A stretch of 64,000 nt of DNA from Octopus sinensis (lineage: Eukaryota): the NCBI RefSeq assembly GCF_006345805.1, contig NC_043005.1:65596001-65660000 (forward strand), written 5' to 3'. Positions 12,380-25,540 of the stretch are shown here, piece by piece; positions within the stretch are counted from its first letter, which is position 1; the number at the start of each line of letters is the position of its first letter. The position numbers were made by a program, and so were the translations under genes. The notes below the pieces were generated by a model that was not told where the DNA came from, searched no databases, and saw only the letters and a program-made list of their open reading frames with translations.

Positions 12380-12840
12380 TTGTGGGGTTCTAACCCGGTC
12401 CGCAGCAACAAAGTCTACTCGCCACACTTCTCGATCCATCATCACTGACTCGAGGTCCCAAATACATTCCAGGCCAGTGTCTGCAATCAAATTGTCGATG
12501 TAGGGGTGGCGACGTGCTCCTCTTCCTACATCACCATGAAGTGGGTTCTACAAAACTAAACTGGATGCCTCAAGTTCAGGTTGGCTCAGGCAGAGACCAG
12601 ATAGTCGCAGCCATCTTTACCCGATCTTCTCACTACTTTTCCGTAGGTCTCTGTATAAAGTCATTCGTCTGTCTTATGTTGCTGTCATTTCACATTTACG
12701 GCCATTCGTAGCATCCTTATGTAGCATCCATTTAGCACATTCGATCATTTCTTTGTCAGTGTCCACGTTTCGCTGCCATGTAATAAGCACTAATTCGGTA
12801 GTCGCAATGAACAGACCTTTAGTTTATAACAAGCTGTCCT
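12380..12840 (-). mobile_element. RTE-clade LINE 3' fragment, decayed
   Basis: Minus-strand translation, read across a frameshift: VL..GSETWTLTK, GCYIRMLRMA, RLRLSGLCLSQPEL, PYIDNLIADTGLE, MMDREVWR. (TAA)n tail. Confidence 0.75.
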
Positions 12841-12845
12841 TGAAT

Positions 12846-13080
12846 GGAAGCACGTGGTTTAGTGGTTAGAGTGTTGGATTCATGAACGTAAGATTGTGGT
12901 TTCGATTCCTGAACCGGCTGAGACGTTGTGTTCTTGAGCAAAACACTTTATTTCACGTTGCTGACAAAAATGAGGAACCCTGCGACGGACAGCTGTCCCG
13001 TTCAGATGAGGATTTATACGTTATCGAAACCGGCACTTATGAGTTGACATGAGACGAGAAGGTAACTTTTTTTTTTACTT
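12846..13080 (+). mobile_element. tRNA-derived SINE family C
   Basis: TGGTTTAGTGG A box, GTTTCGATTCC B box, and GTGTTCTTGAGCAAAACAC. Homologous copies at 25109 and 27865. Confidence 0.8.
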
Positions 13081-13407
13081 GGGTTGTCCATGCTTGTGCC
13101 TTTCGGATCTTGATGGCTACATCCAAACTGCTCACTCGACCACCTAAGAATTTGGCAGAAGACTTCAGGTATATGTATATATGCGTATATATGCATATAT
13201 ATATATGTGTATGTATGTATGTACGTATGTATGTATGTATGTATGTATGTATGTATGTATGTATGTATGTATGTATGCATGTGTGTGTGTGTCCCCAGGG
13301 GTCGAAACCATAGTGATATCCGTGGGGCAGCTGATGATGGGCGTATACTGGATTGCTGGTATGGCTGTTATTGTATGTGCGGTATAGTTTCATAACACGT
13401 CCCTTTG

Positions 13408-13445
<38 letters not shown>

Positions 13446-13490
13446 AGAAGAGAGAGAGAGAGAGAGAGAGAAAGAGGGAGAGAGAGAGAG

Positions 13491-13740
13491 CCGGGCCGGT
13501 TCTAGGATTGCTGGCGCCCCGGGCAAGAGCTGAACTTCGTCACCCTTACAGGTATACATCTTTTTAAACTTTCACAAGGAGAATGAAAAATTTGAACATT
13601 CAAAATTTATGTTCATTTACAGTTGGTTTATTCATAAATATTGTTTGAAACGAATTTACCATAAAAAGCACACTCTGAAGGAACCACTCTCGGCATTTTA
13701 AATAGAGAAATGCGTATCTGCCTGGATATTATATGCCTTC
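13491..13740 (+). mobile_element. Possible 5' end of a non-autonomous DNA transposon (hAT-like GGGCCGG terminus)
   Basis: GC-rich start GCCGGGCCGGTTCTAGG...GGCGCCCCGGGCAAG directly after (AG)n. No matching right TIR found. Confidence 0.3.
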
Positions 13741-13790
13741 CTTTACTATATACTTATATATACTTTTATATATATATATATATATAATAT

Positions 13791-13864
<74 letters not shown>

Positions 13865-13950
13865 ATATATAATGTATGTATGTATGTATGTATGTATGTA
13901 TGTATGTATGTATGTATGTATGTATGCATGTATGTATGCATGCATGCATG

Positions 13951-14050
13951 TCACTTTGGGAAAGTGTCTTCTACTATACGTTCAGCCCAACCAAACCCTT
14001 GTGAGTGGATTAGGTAGACAGAAACTGAAAGAAGCCCGTTGTATGTGTGT
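13951..14050 (+). mobile_element. Internal fragment of SINE family A
   Basis: TTGGGAAAGTGTCTTCTACTATA...CTTGTGAGTGGAT...GAAACTGAAAGAAGCCCGT. Confidence 0.75.
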
Positions 14051-14058
14051 ATATATAT

Positions 14059-14100
<42 letters not shown>

Positions 14101-14330
14101 AAACAAACACAAATTTTTGTGTAGATGTGAACGTATACATATATGCGCAAATATGTGAATTTATACACACATTTGCACATACGTGTCTAAATATATACTA
14201 AGCAAACACGTATATGCATATTTATATTGATATATATATAGAGAGAGAGAGAAACAGACTAACATATACAATATATTATATAGATATAGATATAGTTATA
14301 GATAAAAATACATACATATATATATATATA

Positions 14331-14397
<67 letters not shown>

Positions 14398-14558
14398 GTA
14401 TATATGTATATATATATGTATATATATATGTTTATATTATATATTATATATATATGCGCGTACATGATTGTACTTTATATGTATACATATATATACATAT
14501 ATGTGTGTGTGCGAGTGTGGGGGAGGTAAAAATACGCATATGCATGTATTTTTGTGTA

Positions 14559-14594
<36 letters not shown>

Positions 14595-14610
14595 TGTATG
14601 TATATATATG

Positions 14611-14641
<31 letters not shown>

Positions 14642-14940
14642 ATGTATATGCATACATATGCAGGTACATATATGTAAGTACAAACATATATATCACATAT
14701 ATGCGCATATATATATATATATATATATATGTACATATATGTGCATGTCCATGTATATACCTACATATATATGAATGTACAAGTGTATGTGTGCGTGTGT
14801 CTGACCTAGTGTATGAATATATACTTACGCATATATGTATACATACACATACACACATACATATATATATAAATATATACTTGCACTAACACATACACAC
14901 ACGTGCCTAGCTATCTATAATATGTGTGTTTGTGAACATG

Positions 14941-14972
<32 letters not shown>

Positions 14973-14995
14973 TGTAGTATGTATGTATAAATACA

Positions 14996-15290
14996 TATAT
15001 AAAGATGAGAATGTGTGTCTGTCTGTGTGAATGCCTAAAACTTGAGAACTACACAACCAATTTAATTCAAATTTTGCACATGCCTTACTTAGGGTCCATG
15101 TAGTGTCATAGGCCAAAACATTTTTAACTTCTTGCCTAGTCCGAGCCCACAGCAATATCATATCTTCTCTCCTATTTCAGTATTACGTGTCAAAAATGAA
15201 ACAATAACATCTCTCTATTGTAATGTCAGATAATTTCACTTTAATATTGAAACTATTAAAGTGAAACTTTTATCTCACATATATACGGGC
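14996..15290 (+). mobile_element. Helitron-type element 5' portion (same family as 41242-42725)
   Basis: TATAAAGATGAGAATGTGTGTCTG...CCTAAAACTTGAGAACTAC...CATGCCTTACTTAGGGTCCATGTAG matches the reverse complement of 42470-42720. Confidence 0.65.
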
Positions 15291-15298
15291 ATACTTAT

Positions 15299-15354
<56 letters not shown>

Positions 15355-15412
15355 GTATACATCTGCACAAATGTATATATATAGGTGTATATATATACAT
15401 GTGTATATATAC

Positions 15413-15560
15413 ATATAAGAGGGATGACTTGTAAGTGGACATCCATTATGCTAGAAGAAGATCCGCTATGGTCTTACCACTAACAAAGGTATGGTAAGAC
15501 CATAGCGGATCTTCTTCTAGCTTAATGGATGTCCACTTACAGGCAATCCCCCTTATATAT
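15413..15560. repeat. Inverted repeat (about 67-bp arms, 12-bp spacer)
   Basis: GTAAGTGGACATCCATTA.GCTAGAAGAAGATCCGCTATGGTCTTACCA, then spacer CTAACAAAGGTA, then the reverse complement. Confidence 0.9.
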
Positions 15561-15739
15561 GTGTAATATAATTTTTTCTGAAACTTCAGACTTTTCAATC
15601 TGCTACACCACTGGTTTTAAATTGATATTAATGAAAATATCAATTTTTCACCTTATCACTTAATTTAAATTTACATGCATATATATAGATGTATATATAT
15701 ATATATATAGATATATATATATATATATGTATATAGAGA

Positions 15740-15875
<136 letters not shown>

Positions 15876-15963
15876 GATAGATAGATAGATAGATAGATGT
15901 ACATGTAATATGCACACATATAGGCATGCATACACATATACACCCATACACACACGACACGCG

Positions 15964-16003
<40 letters not shown>

Positions 16004-16039
16004 ATGTATATTATGTATGTATGTTTGGGCATATTCATA

Positions 16040-17732
16040 TCTATTATATCAAAGTCAATGTCTTTATGTGTGTTCGTGTGTTACTTAGACATTCGAAACT
16101 GTTGCACCGACATAATGAAATTTGGAACAAGAAATCCAAGCCTAGGGAGAAGGGTAATTTCATGGACCAAAATTACTGAATGGATCTTTATGATATTTGA
16201 AACTTAGATTCAATGTATAAGGGCGGGTATAATGCAATATGTTTGGTTTGAATTTCAGATAGCTTAAAAGGGGCAGACCCCCATGAAAATTCATAAATTT
16301 TCGATGCTGATGAAATTTCAACCATGGGCAATTGACACATATCAAGAAGTATTCTCAAAGTTTCCACTTCACATGAGGATTCTAAGACACCCTAACGGGG
16401 GCCTTAACTCCCAAATTTTAATAATTTCTTTTATGATCCAAAACTGGGTCAAAAGTACTGAATGGATCTTAATGAAATTTGGAAATTATATTCTATGCAT
16501 GAGGGCCATAACCCCCATGACAATTCATATATTTTTGCTGTTGATGAAATTTTAACCATAGATATTAGACACAAATGAAGAAATATCTATAAAATTTCCT
16601 CTTCTTACAAGTTAGAAAGACCCCTCCATGGGGACTTAGCACCCACAATTTAGTCATTTTATCTAAGCAAAAACGAAAACAGTTGTACTCTTGGAAGCTG
16701 TAGGGTCACCCGAGCATAAAAGATGAGCATCATTTGTAATTCAATGGTACAACAGTGTAAGAGTTTGCTTTGACATACACTTAGATTGTGATTTCTGCAA
16801 TGTGCTGCATAAATTGTCAAGAAAATTAGAGGCATCTTTGCCTCCACTGATTCAGTTGCAAAGTGTTGTGTAAAGTTATTTAGTTGCAGACCTCCTTTCA
16901 GTCTTTTTATTATCACTGGGTCACACATATTGTAACATATTGTCACACATATTGTCACACAGATTGTAACATTGATTTCAAGACCTTCCCAGATGAGTTA
17001 ATGGTTATTCAAAGACATTTATAGATTGTAAATTTATTCTGTCCAGTTACGTATTAGTATAGTGGTCATTTGCAAACGCCAGAGGTGACACTTTCATTTC
17101 TCCTTAGCCCTCACGTCACACAGTTGTTAATGTTTATTTCAGTTGGGTCACGCCCTTTTCAATTGCTATAGATTCGTAATGCATCTTACGGCTTTGCCTG
17201 TCACGTGGATGGTGAGGAATCCTATATTGGGAGTGGTAACTACTAGGGTAGAGTAAGCTGACTACTTATTGTGATCATTCATCTTTTCGTTTCCTGTAGC
17301 TTTGCTCTCTTTTACAAACCCAGTGAACATATATTTCTTATTTCAAAGAAATTCAAACAATAGATATAAGACCCAAGTTAAAAAGATTCTCAACAATTCA
17401 ACTTCTCTGGTTGACATTAAGATGCCCACCCCCAACAGGGGCCTTAACTCTCACATTTTAGAGCTCCATGACCTTCATTTTTCAAGAGCAAAATCTTTTT
17501 AACAGGTTCAATAAGACTAGAATTTTGGAATATGCGCATAAAAATCAGTCGTATGGGACACATGTGGCACGATTACAATGTATTTTAGGGTGTGTAAAGA
17601 GGGAAAAAATCCTCATCTGGAAGTTTGATGAAATTCGAAACATATTTATTCCAGTTCATTACAGGAAATATAACAGAAAATTCTAGTTCTTCAATTGCAT
17701 ATAACACGGGCAATGCCGGGTATCTCTGCTAG
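16040..17732 (+). mobile_element. Non-autonomous Helitron-type element, about 1.7 kb, with internal ~280-bp tandem duplication
   Basis: 5' TCTATTATATCAAAG, 3' ACGGGCAATGCCGGG...CTAG|T. Internal units begin CAAAA(T/G)TACTGAATGGATCTT at about 16168 and 16450. Confidence 0.65.
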
Positions 17733-18181
17733 TATATATATATATATACACACCACTCACATACATGTATGTATGTGTATGTAAGGGTGTGTGCGTATGT
17801 ATGCATGTATGAATGTGTTTGTATCTATGCACACATGCATTAATACGCGCACACACACACACTCCCACGCACATACTATGTATGCAAAAGCAGGTAGCCA
17901 ACCACGGAAGCATTTCATTTCACAGTCGGTGTAAATTTGTATATTTGATCCTACTGCGGAGCATTTCAAAGGTTGCTTTTTTCTTTGTTTTGTCACTTCC
18001 CATTTTTTGTTCTTTTTTACCATAACCTTAGTTATGGAACCCTCACAGTCAGTTAGTTACCTTTAGCAACGCATAGTGGTAGGCTAACTGCGCCATACTT
18101 GGGTACAAAACCAGAAGACGTCGTGAATATGCATGTTTATAGACAGATAGACAGATGGACAGATGGATGGATGGATGGATG

Positions 18182-18288
<107 letters not shown>

Positions 18289-18293
18289 GATAA

Positions 18294-19178
18294 GGTTCGT
18301 CCACTCCTGTCGACGATGGCCCAGGACAACACAAGGGAGGAGATGGGTTATGGTGTGCCCAGCTGTGGCCAATCAATCCGATATGTGCTCAGACGATTCT
18401 GCCGTAGGTCATGCACTTGAGGTCTGCTGACAATGAAGGCAAGGAGTTGACTCTGGACTTGTATAGTTCACAGTTTCTTTGTGCCCGCGCAATCCTTTTC
18501 TATTCACAGGGGGTGGTATTTCTGCTGGTGCAGCTTCGAAAGTTAGGGCGGTCCTCTGCTCGCATTTACCAGTTGTCAGGGTTGATATCAAAGCACTTCA
18601 GTGGGGCTTTGAGTGTATCCTTGAAGCGCCTCTTCTGTCCACCTTTCGTGCGCTTGCCTTCCACCAATTTGCTGCAAAAAAGGTCAATCATTTGGGAAGT
18701 CGTGTTTTAGGCATTCGAACAAGGTGGCCTGCCCACCTAACTTGTGCTCTACTCAGCTGTGTGAATGCTTGGCATAACAGCTCGAGATAGAACTCCTTTG
18801 TCTGGAACCTTGTGTTGCCAGGCAATATTAAGCGGCTCTCTCAGGGAGTACAAGTGGAAGCGGTTTAGCCGTTTGGGGTGGCGTTCGTAAACCGTCCAAG
18901 TTCCGCTGGCATGCAGTAGCGTAGGCAGCACAAATGTTTGCTACATATTCGAATTGGTAGCCAGTCTAACGCTTCTCCTCTCCCACATTGATACACGTAG
19001 CTGCCCGAAAGGTGAGTCACTTTTGCTATGCGTGTGTCGACTTCATCGTCAATGCTCACAGATCTGGAGAGCCTGCTGCCGATATAGTGAGCTTAACAAC
19101 CTTCAGGGTTTCCCTTTCAACAGAAATAGTTGGTTCTACATACTGGTTCTGGGGCGTAGGTTGGTGCATGACCTCTGA
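18294..19178 (-). mobile_element. RTE-clade (BovB-like) LINE 3' fragment
   Basis: Minus translation EVMHQPTPQNQYVEP...TYLGS...RFKDTLK...; homologous to the 23920-24880 copy. Confidence 0.85.
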
Positions 19179-19242
19179 AAACACACACACACATACATAT
19201 ATACACGTATATATACAAATACATATCTACATAGATATTTAT

Positions 19243-19272
<30 letters not shown>

Positions 19273-19273
<1 letters not shown>

Positions 19274-19552
19274 GGCGCAGGTGTGGCTAAGAAGCTTGCT
19301 TCCCAACCACATGGTTCCAGGTTCAGTCCCACTGCGTGCCACCTTGGGCAAGTGTCTTCTAAAGCCCCAAGAGTGGATCTGGTAGACGGAAACTGAAAGA
19401 AGCTCGTCGTATATATATATCTTAGCGGTTCGGTAAAAGAGACCGATAGAATAAGTACTATGCTTACAAAGAATATGTCCTGTGGTCGAATTGTTCGACT
19501 AAAGGCGGTGCTCCAGTATGAACGCAGTTAAATGACAAACGAATAAAAGAAT
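19273..19552 (+). mobile_element. SINE family A with internal deletions
   Basis: Same head, CORE-like segment and tail as the 6164 copy. Confidence 0.88.
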
Positions 19553-19712
19553 ATATACGCACATGCGCACACACGTGTGCGCACAAATATATATATATAT
19601 ATATAGAAATTCGGGGTGAGTACTTGATAATTATAAGCACCTGTGTATACCGTTTGGTGGTGTAGGTGGTGGAGTAAATTGATCAAAATAAAAACATGAT
19701 GCGAAGGATTCA

Positions 19713-19790
19713 GCGGTACATATGTTTCGGGCCTTTATTAGACAGATTTATAACAATGCATAATGTATGTCTGTGGCCTTCTTCAGCCGC
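19713..19790 (-). ncRNA. Type I hammerhead ribozyme fold (C3-G8 core, GUA cleavage triplet)
   Basis: Minus strand: GCGG-CUGAAGA-A-GGCC...GGCC-C-GAAAC-AUAU-GU-A-CCGC. Stem I GCGG/CCGC; palindromic stem III ACAUAUGU. Confidence 0.7.
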
Positions 19791-20787
19791 GCACAACAGC
19801 TTCCACAAGGACATGTGTTACATCAAAAATTCTTGGTTGGGGATGCAAATCCTCCCATTCGCGTACGACATAATGCGGCAGCAGCATAGAATTGAAGCGT
19901 CCATCTACTTCTTCTCTCAATGCAGGATGAGGAAAAATGGATGTTGAAGTAATGTAAATAAATAAATACATGTATATACGTGAAGATGGAGGGGCGAGAA
20001 TTCAGGACGAGGGATAAAAAATGTATAAAAAGTGTAAGTATAGAAAAATATAAAAATGTAGAGCATAAAGATATAAAGAGATATAAGATGTAAAGGGGGT
20101 ATAAAGAATATAAAGAAATATAAAGAAATATAAAGAAATGTAAAGGCATAAGGTTATAAAGTAAAAATAGAAATAGAAATAAAAATAAAAGTAAAAAAAC
20201 ATGATAAAAATGTAACAAAATATAAAAAAATATAAAGATAAGGGATGTATAGAGGTTAAGGACCAAGCATGGTGGTCAGGAGATTGATAAAATTTAGTTG
20301 TAGAATTGTCAGTAAATCAACAGTTTCGTCTGGGGACCTAATGCGTTGTAAATCAGAGCTGTTGAGCGTTTAATCTGGTTCCTTGAATTATTTGGACTTC
20401 TAGTGCATACATACCAACATGGATACACACACCCATATACACGCGTACATATACGCCTCCAAGCCTATAAGCATACACACGCACTCGCGTGTAAACATGC
20501 ACATAAACACACACACACCCACACGCACGTGCGTACACATACACACATACAACAGAATATCCGCATGTATACACGGACACTATACGTGTACACACTCACA
20601 TGTACATACGCGCGCCCATCCCTACATACACACACGCATATGCCCACGCTTCCAGGTCTAGATATAAGATATTAAAGGATGTATATATATATATATATAT
20701 ATTAGAAGAAATAAGTACTCAGAAATCTGGATGGTTTTATATTTACAGATATTTATTGATATGTCATATGTTTTTATAAATCATATA

Positions 20788-20822
20788 TTAGCGCTTGCGT
20801 CCACTCTAGTGGAGTCTTCAGA
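20788..20822 (-). ncRNA. Degenerate hammerhead fold (GAAA box mutated to GCAA)
   Basis: CUGAAGA-C-UCCAC-UAGA-GUGGA-C-GCAA-GCGCU-A; palindromic stem III AGCGCU; stem I poor. Confidence 0.45.
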
Positions 20823-20977
20823 TTCAATTTTATCAGATTTGTCTCCTTTTATAGCATTATTGAGTGTGTAGGGGTGGAAAGAGATATGAGATGGTAAAAG
20901 AGGGTGAGGAATGTGGAGAAAGTGAGAGTGCGTGTGTGGGGGTGTATGTGTGTGGGTGTGTGTGTGGGTGTGCCTTT

Positions 20978-21352
20978 GTATCTGAAAGGAATGTCAATGG
21001 AAAAGAGAAGGAAAGGAAGAAGGAAGAGAGAAAGAAGAAAAAAATGTATTTACTTTTATACAGCTGGTCAGTTCTTTCAATAGAGAGTGATTCTTGGCTT
21101 TTAAAAATGGCAAAACCAGGTGGCTACTCCAAGGGGGGAGGGGTAAATGTTATTTTTCAAAAAAAAATGTCTGGATTTCTTTTTATCATTCTTATCCTTT
21201 ATGTGTGCGTGTGTGTGGGTGGATGGGTATCTGTGTATCTGAAAAGAGTGTTAATGGAAAAGAGAAGGAAAGAAAGAAGGAAGAGAGAAAGAAGAAAAAA
21301 TGTGTTTTCATCTTTGCAGCTGGTCAGTTCTTTCAATAGAAAGTGATTCTTG
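20978..21352 (+). repeat. Diverged direct repeat (about 120-bp units at 20978-21096 and 21235-21352)
   Basis: GTATCTGAAA...AATGGAAAAGAGAAGGAAAG...CAGCTGGTCAGTTCTTTCAATAGA.AGTGATTCTTG occurs twice, 257 bp apart. Confidence 0.85.
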
Positions 21353-21787
21353 TCCTTTATGTGTATGTATGTATGTATGTATGTATGTATACGAATAGAT
21401 GTATCCCTATGTCTGCTCGCGTGCGTTTTCATGTGTGTGCGTTCATCTGCACGAGAGAAACATTTACATACACTTAAACCGACGCTTCGTTCAGTGAGTC
21501 GAACGAAGACTAAAGCGCGTTTTGAAGTCGGATAATTCTGTTAATAAGGGGAATAAAGGACGTCTTGCTTGCTTTACCAAAATGTAGCTTTCCATTGATA
21601 AAGCGACGCTGTTGCTGAGATTTTCTTATTGCTGTTTACTTCATATGAATTTAATATTCTGCGCTTTGCCAACCGTTAAGTTTTACAGAATGCCTTTTTC
21701 AGAACCTCAACAGAAACAACACACGCGCACTCATGCATGCATGCACGCACGCATCACTGTGTGCGTGTGTGTGTGTGTGAACACACA

Positions 21788-22130
21788 CTAGTGAAATTCC
21801 CTTGTAACGAACACTGTTATAACATTGCTCTGTATAACGAATTTTTTCAATCCTCGCCACAAGCCTCTTGAAGCAATGTTAAAGAATATCTTGTTGTGTC
21901 TGAGGAGAGTCATTTTCTTTTTGTGCCTTATAATGTAACACACTCACCGGTAAAATTTCCACTGATTTGTTATTTTTATTTCCCTAAAATTTTCGTTGCG
22001 TCTTGCAACCTTTTCAACACACGAACTCATATAATGAATCTTGCAAACCAAATCCAAAAACGAAATATTAAAGAATATCGTTATAACGAAATTTATTACA
22101 ACTTATTACGAATTATATTTGAATCCAACT
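21788..22130. mobile_element. Possible decayed pogo/Tigger-type MITE
   Basis: AGTGAAATTCCCTTGTAACGAACACTGTTATAAC start and distal CGTTATAACGA, resembling the GTTATAACG-rich ends of such MITEs (from memory). Confidence 0.3.
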
Positions 22131-23919
22131 TGCAACTTTCCCAAATTTCTTGCTGTAAAGGTAAGAAATTTTGTCCCACTTCATCCCTTGCACATATAAC
22201 TCCTTAACAAGATACTGATATCAAACAATACAGCCCTCAGTTCCACATCTTTATGTATGCGATATTTCGAATATTGGCACGCAAAAAGATTGAACACGTA
22301 ATCAACAACTCTCTGTCGTTCTTGTCCTTTGAATCTTTGGTAAATATCAGGACTGCTTAGGTACAGTACGCTTAGGTACGCTTGAACATCTTCATTGTTG
22401 CATTCTTGATAATTAATGTTCAGTCTACATTACTACCGCGTTATTTATTTATTTATTTAATATTAAATGCGCAAACTAGAAATATTTTTGAGGTAACAGC
22501 CCGTAACATCAAACTTACAGACGAATATTTATTTGAAAAGAAGAATCTGATTCCTTCTTATTAATGTCCAATTGATTCTTTGTGGATTTGACTTTAGGAA
22601 CTTACATACTTTTGCATACACAACATGAAGGTGAATTTAAGTGTTTTGTTCGTTTTGCGAAATTTCTATTTGGTTCGTAAGAGATACAAACATGTTACTG
22701 TGGTTTCGTGTAAATTATGGAGGACATAGCGAAGAAAAGGCAGTTTTTGTTTTTAAAATGTTGGGAATTCTAAAAATTCTTGATTCTTACAAAAGAAGAA
22801 AGACATTATATTGTAGTTTAGCATCATTTCGTCAACATTGCCTATGATTGTTAAGGATCAACCTAAAGCTAAATAAAAACCAAAAGAAGTAACCCTTGGT
22901 CCACAACGCGAACGCATATTGGCCGGGATGTACGAAGATATTGATGGTCCATACGTATATGGTTTACAAATTTAAGGGAAACAAACATTTCAGTTAACAG
23001 GCCGCTTATTCCAGAAAAAGCTTTGGACGTGGTCAAACATTTGTGTCACTCGGAGTTCAGATAACTGAAGCGGTTTCATGAGTGATGAAGGATAACAGCC
23101 CAAGTAATATGTGGTGAAGTAACTAACACGTCAGTACAGAAACAAAAAAGCATCAGGTGAAAAGATGGAGAAATAAAAATTATTTCTTGCAACAATAAAG
23201 TCATATTAATTACCTCATCGCTCTCTGGCAACCAACAGGGACTAAGCAAAGAAGGAAAGAAACCGGCGCTTTAACCCTTGTTGTTTGCAGTAAGGCGACA
23301 GGAACTGAGATATCACGCTTCATGGTTAACAGCCAGTACAGACCATTTGTGGTGATCTTTCTTTACGAACTCCTTGTACTGTCTGTTTGGGGTTCCTCTA
23401 TCGCGGTGACAGGAGGAGAGTTAGTCATAGGTATGATCTTGGAAGTCGATGGTCCTAGCTACGCACACACACCTAACTTTTAGTGAACCATATATATATT
23501 GTTGATTTTTCTCTTGTCTCTACCGTCGTGAACCACCCAGCTGAGTAACATCTCAGAATGCTCTGTCAACTTTGACATAATATAGATCTGTTTGTGTGTA
23601 TGTGTATCGATGTATGTGTGTATATATATATATGTATATATAATCAGCATTTGTATGTACATATATATTTTTACACACACACAAGAGGTGAAACGAGGGA
23701 TGGAGAGTCGTTGGAGAGATCACAGCATGTGTCACGAAAGATTTTCAGACAAAAGACACTAAAATAAAAATAATAACAAAAAACTAAAGTGAAGACCGAG
23801 TATATAGTGCGCGTAGTTAATTGTCAAAAATATGACCATCTCCAAATGTAACAATATACGTATATGCATGTGCGCGCGTGCGTCTGTGTGTGTGTGTGTG
23901 GTCGTGTAAAGACCTAGGT

Positions 23920-24880
23920 TGAAGAGGAGTGTGTGCAAGACTTCCTGGTCACAGGTGACTGCGCACTCAACGCGCCACAGAAGCCCAGATGCAGTAGAGC
24001 ATGAACTGCTTTTCCACTGCCTGCAACTTCAGCCACTCAATCAGACCTCAGAAGACAAAGTTCATATTACAACCTACCCCGCAGAAGCCATATGTAGAAC
24101 CAAGTATCACTGTCGAAGGGGAAACGCTTGGAATTGTGGATAAGTTCTCTTACTTCGGTAGCATGTGGACACACTCATCACAAAGGGACATTCATCATTC
24201 GGGCAGCTCTGTGAATCAATGGGAGAGGAGAAGCGTTAGGCTAGCTACCAATTCGAAGGTGTACCAAACAAGTATACTGCATACGCTACCGTATGCCAAC
24301 GAAACTCGGACGGTTTACGAACACCACGCCAAAAAGCTAAACCGCTTTCACATTAACTGTCTGAATGAGCACCTGGAAACACAAGCTCCAAGACAAAGAG
24401 GTCTTCTCTTGAGCTGATCTGCCAAGTATTCACACACAGTTGAGAAGAGCGCAAGTCAGGTGGGCAGACCACCTTATTCGAATGCCTAACACACGACTTC
24501 TCAAATGATTGTTTTACAACAAACTGGTGGAAGACAAGGGCACTCAAGGTAGACAGAAGAGGCGCTTCAAGAAACCTCACTGAAGAGCTTCGCTATCAAT
24601 CCCGACTTCTGAGAAATGGAAGCGCAAGACCGCCCTACCTGGCGAAGCTGCACCAATAGAGATGTCACTTCCTACGAACAAAACAGGATTGCAGGGACTC
24701 AAAGAAAACCCGAACTGCGCAAGTTCAGAGCCAACTCCTTGCCTTCAGTCCCAGCCGACCACAAGTGCCCGACCTGTGGCAGAGCCTTCCGAGCTCACAT
24801 CGGACCGATCGGCCACAGCCGGACACACCGTGCACCGTATTCTTCCATGTGATGTCCTTGGTCATCGTCGACAACGACAG
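23920..24880 (+). mobile_element. RTE-clade (BovB-like) LINE 3' fragment with internal deletion
   Basis: ORFs MNCFSTACNF...PQKPYVEPSITVEGETLGIVDKFSYFGS and QDRPTWR...CPTCGRAFRAHIGPIGHSRTH (terminal C2H2 motif of RTE ORFs). Confidence 0.9.
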
Positions 24881-25045
24881 TATGTCATCTGTCATTACGT
24901 TCTGTCTTCAAATTCCGCCGAGGTCGACTTTGCCTTTCATCCTTTCGGGGTCGATAAATTAAGTACCAGTTGCGTACGGAGTCGATCTAATCGACTAGAC
25001 CCTCCCCAAAAATTTCGGGTCTTGTGCTAGAGAGTCCAAAAGAAT
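24881..25045 (+). mobile_element. SINE family B, lacking its 5' end, abutting the RTE 3' end
   Basis: CAAATTCCGCCGAGGTCGACTTTGCCTTTCATCCTTTCGGGGTCGATAAATTAAGTACCAGT. Confidence 0.85.
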
Positions 25046-25108
25046 ATATTATTTATCTTGTATGTACATCATATATGTATATAGTGTATATATCTTGTAT
25101 ATATATTA

Positions 25109-25340
25109 GGCTCATGATCGTAAGATTGGAGTTTTGATTCCCGAACTGGGTGACGCGTTATGTTCTTGAGCAAAACACTTCATTTCACGTTGCTCCAACA
25201 CTCAGCTGGTAAAAATGAGTAGACTTGCGACGAACAGGTGTGCCGTCCAGGTGAGGTAATATATAAGCCTTGAAACCAGGAAACCAGCCGTTATGTGTCA
25301 GTATGACTCGAGAAGGTAACTTTACCTTTACTTTACTTTA
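25109..25340 (+). mobile_element. SINE family C, 5'-truncated
   Basis: Homologous to the 12846 and 27865 copies; tail GAGAAGGTAACTTTACCTTTACTTT. Confidence 0.8.
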
Positions 25341-25388
25341 GGACTAAACTCCGAACGATGTGGTTAGGAAGCAAGTTCTTATCACACA

Positions 25389-25453
<65 letters not shown>

Positions 25454-25500
25454 AAAAAAAGTCAAGATAGAAAATGCTAAAATAATTTTATAAAAAACAT

Positions 25501-25540
25501 TACAGTACCGGTTTCAGTCATTAAGACTTTTGCAACTGTA
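25501..25540 (-). ncRNA. Hammerhead-like fold, U3-A8 variant carrying an A6C change
   Basis: UACAG-UUGCAAA-AGUC-UUAAU-GACU-GAAAC-CGGU-A-CUGUA. All three stems pair. Lies about 700 bp 3' of a Penelope GIY-YIG remnant on the same strand. Confidence 0.55.

Noticed and set aside
23920-24880. Horizontal transfer of a BovB-like RTE
   Set aside because: RTE elements are widespread in invertebrates and these copies are decayed; no identity data are available to argue for transfer.
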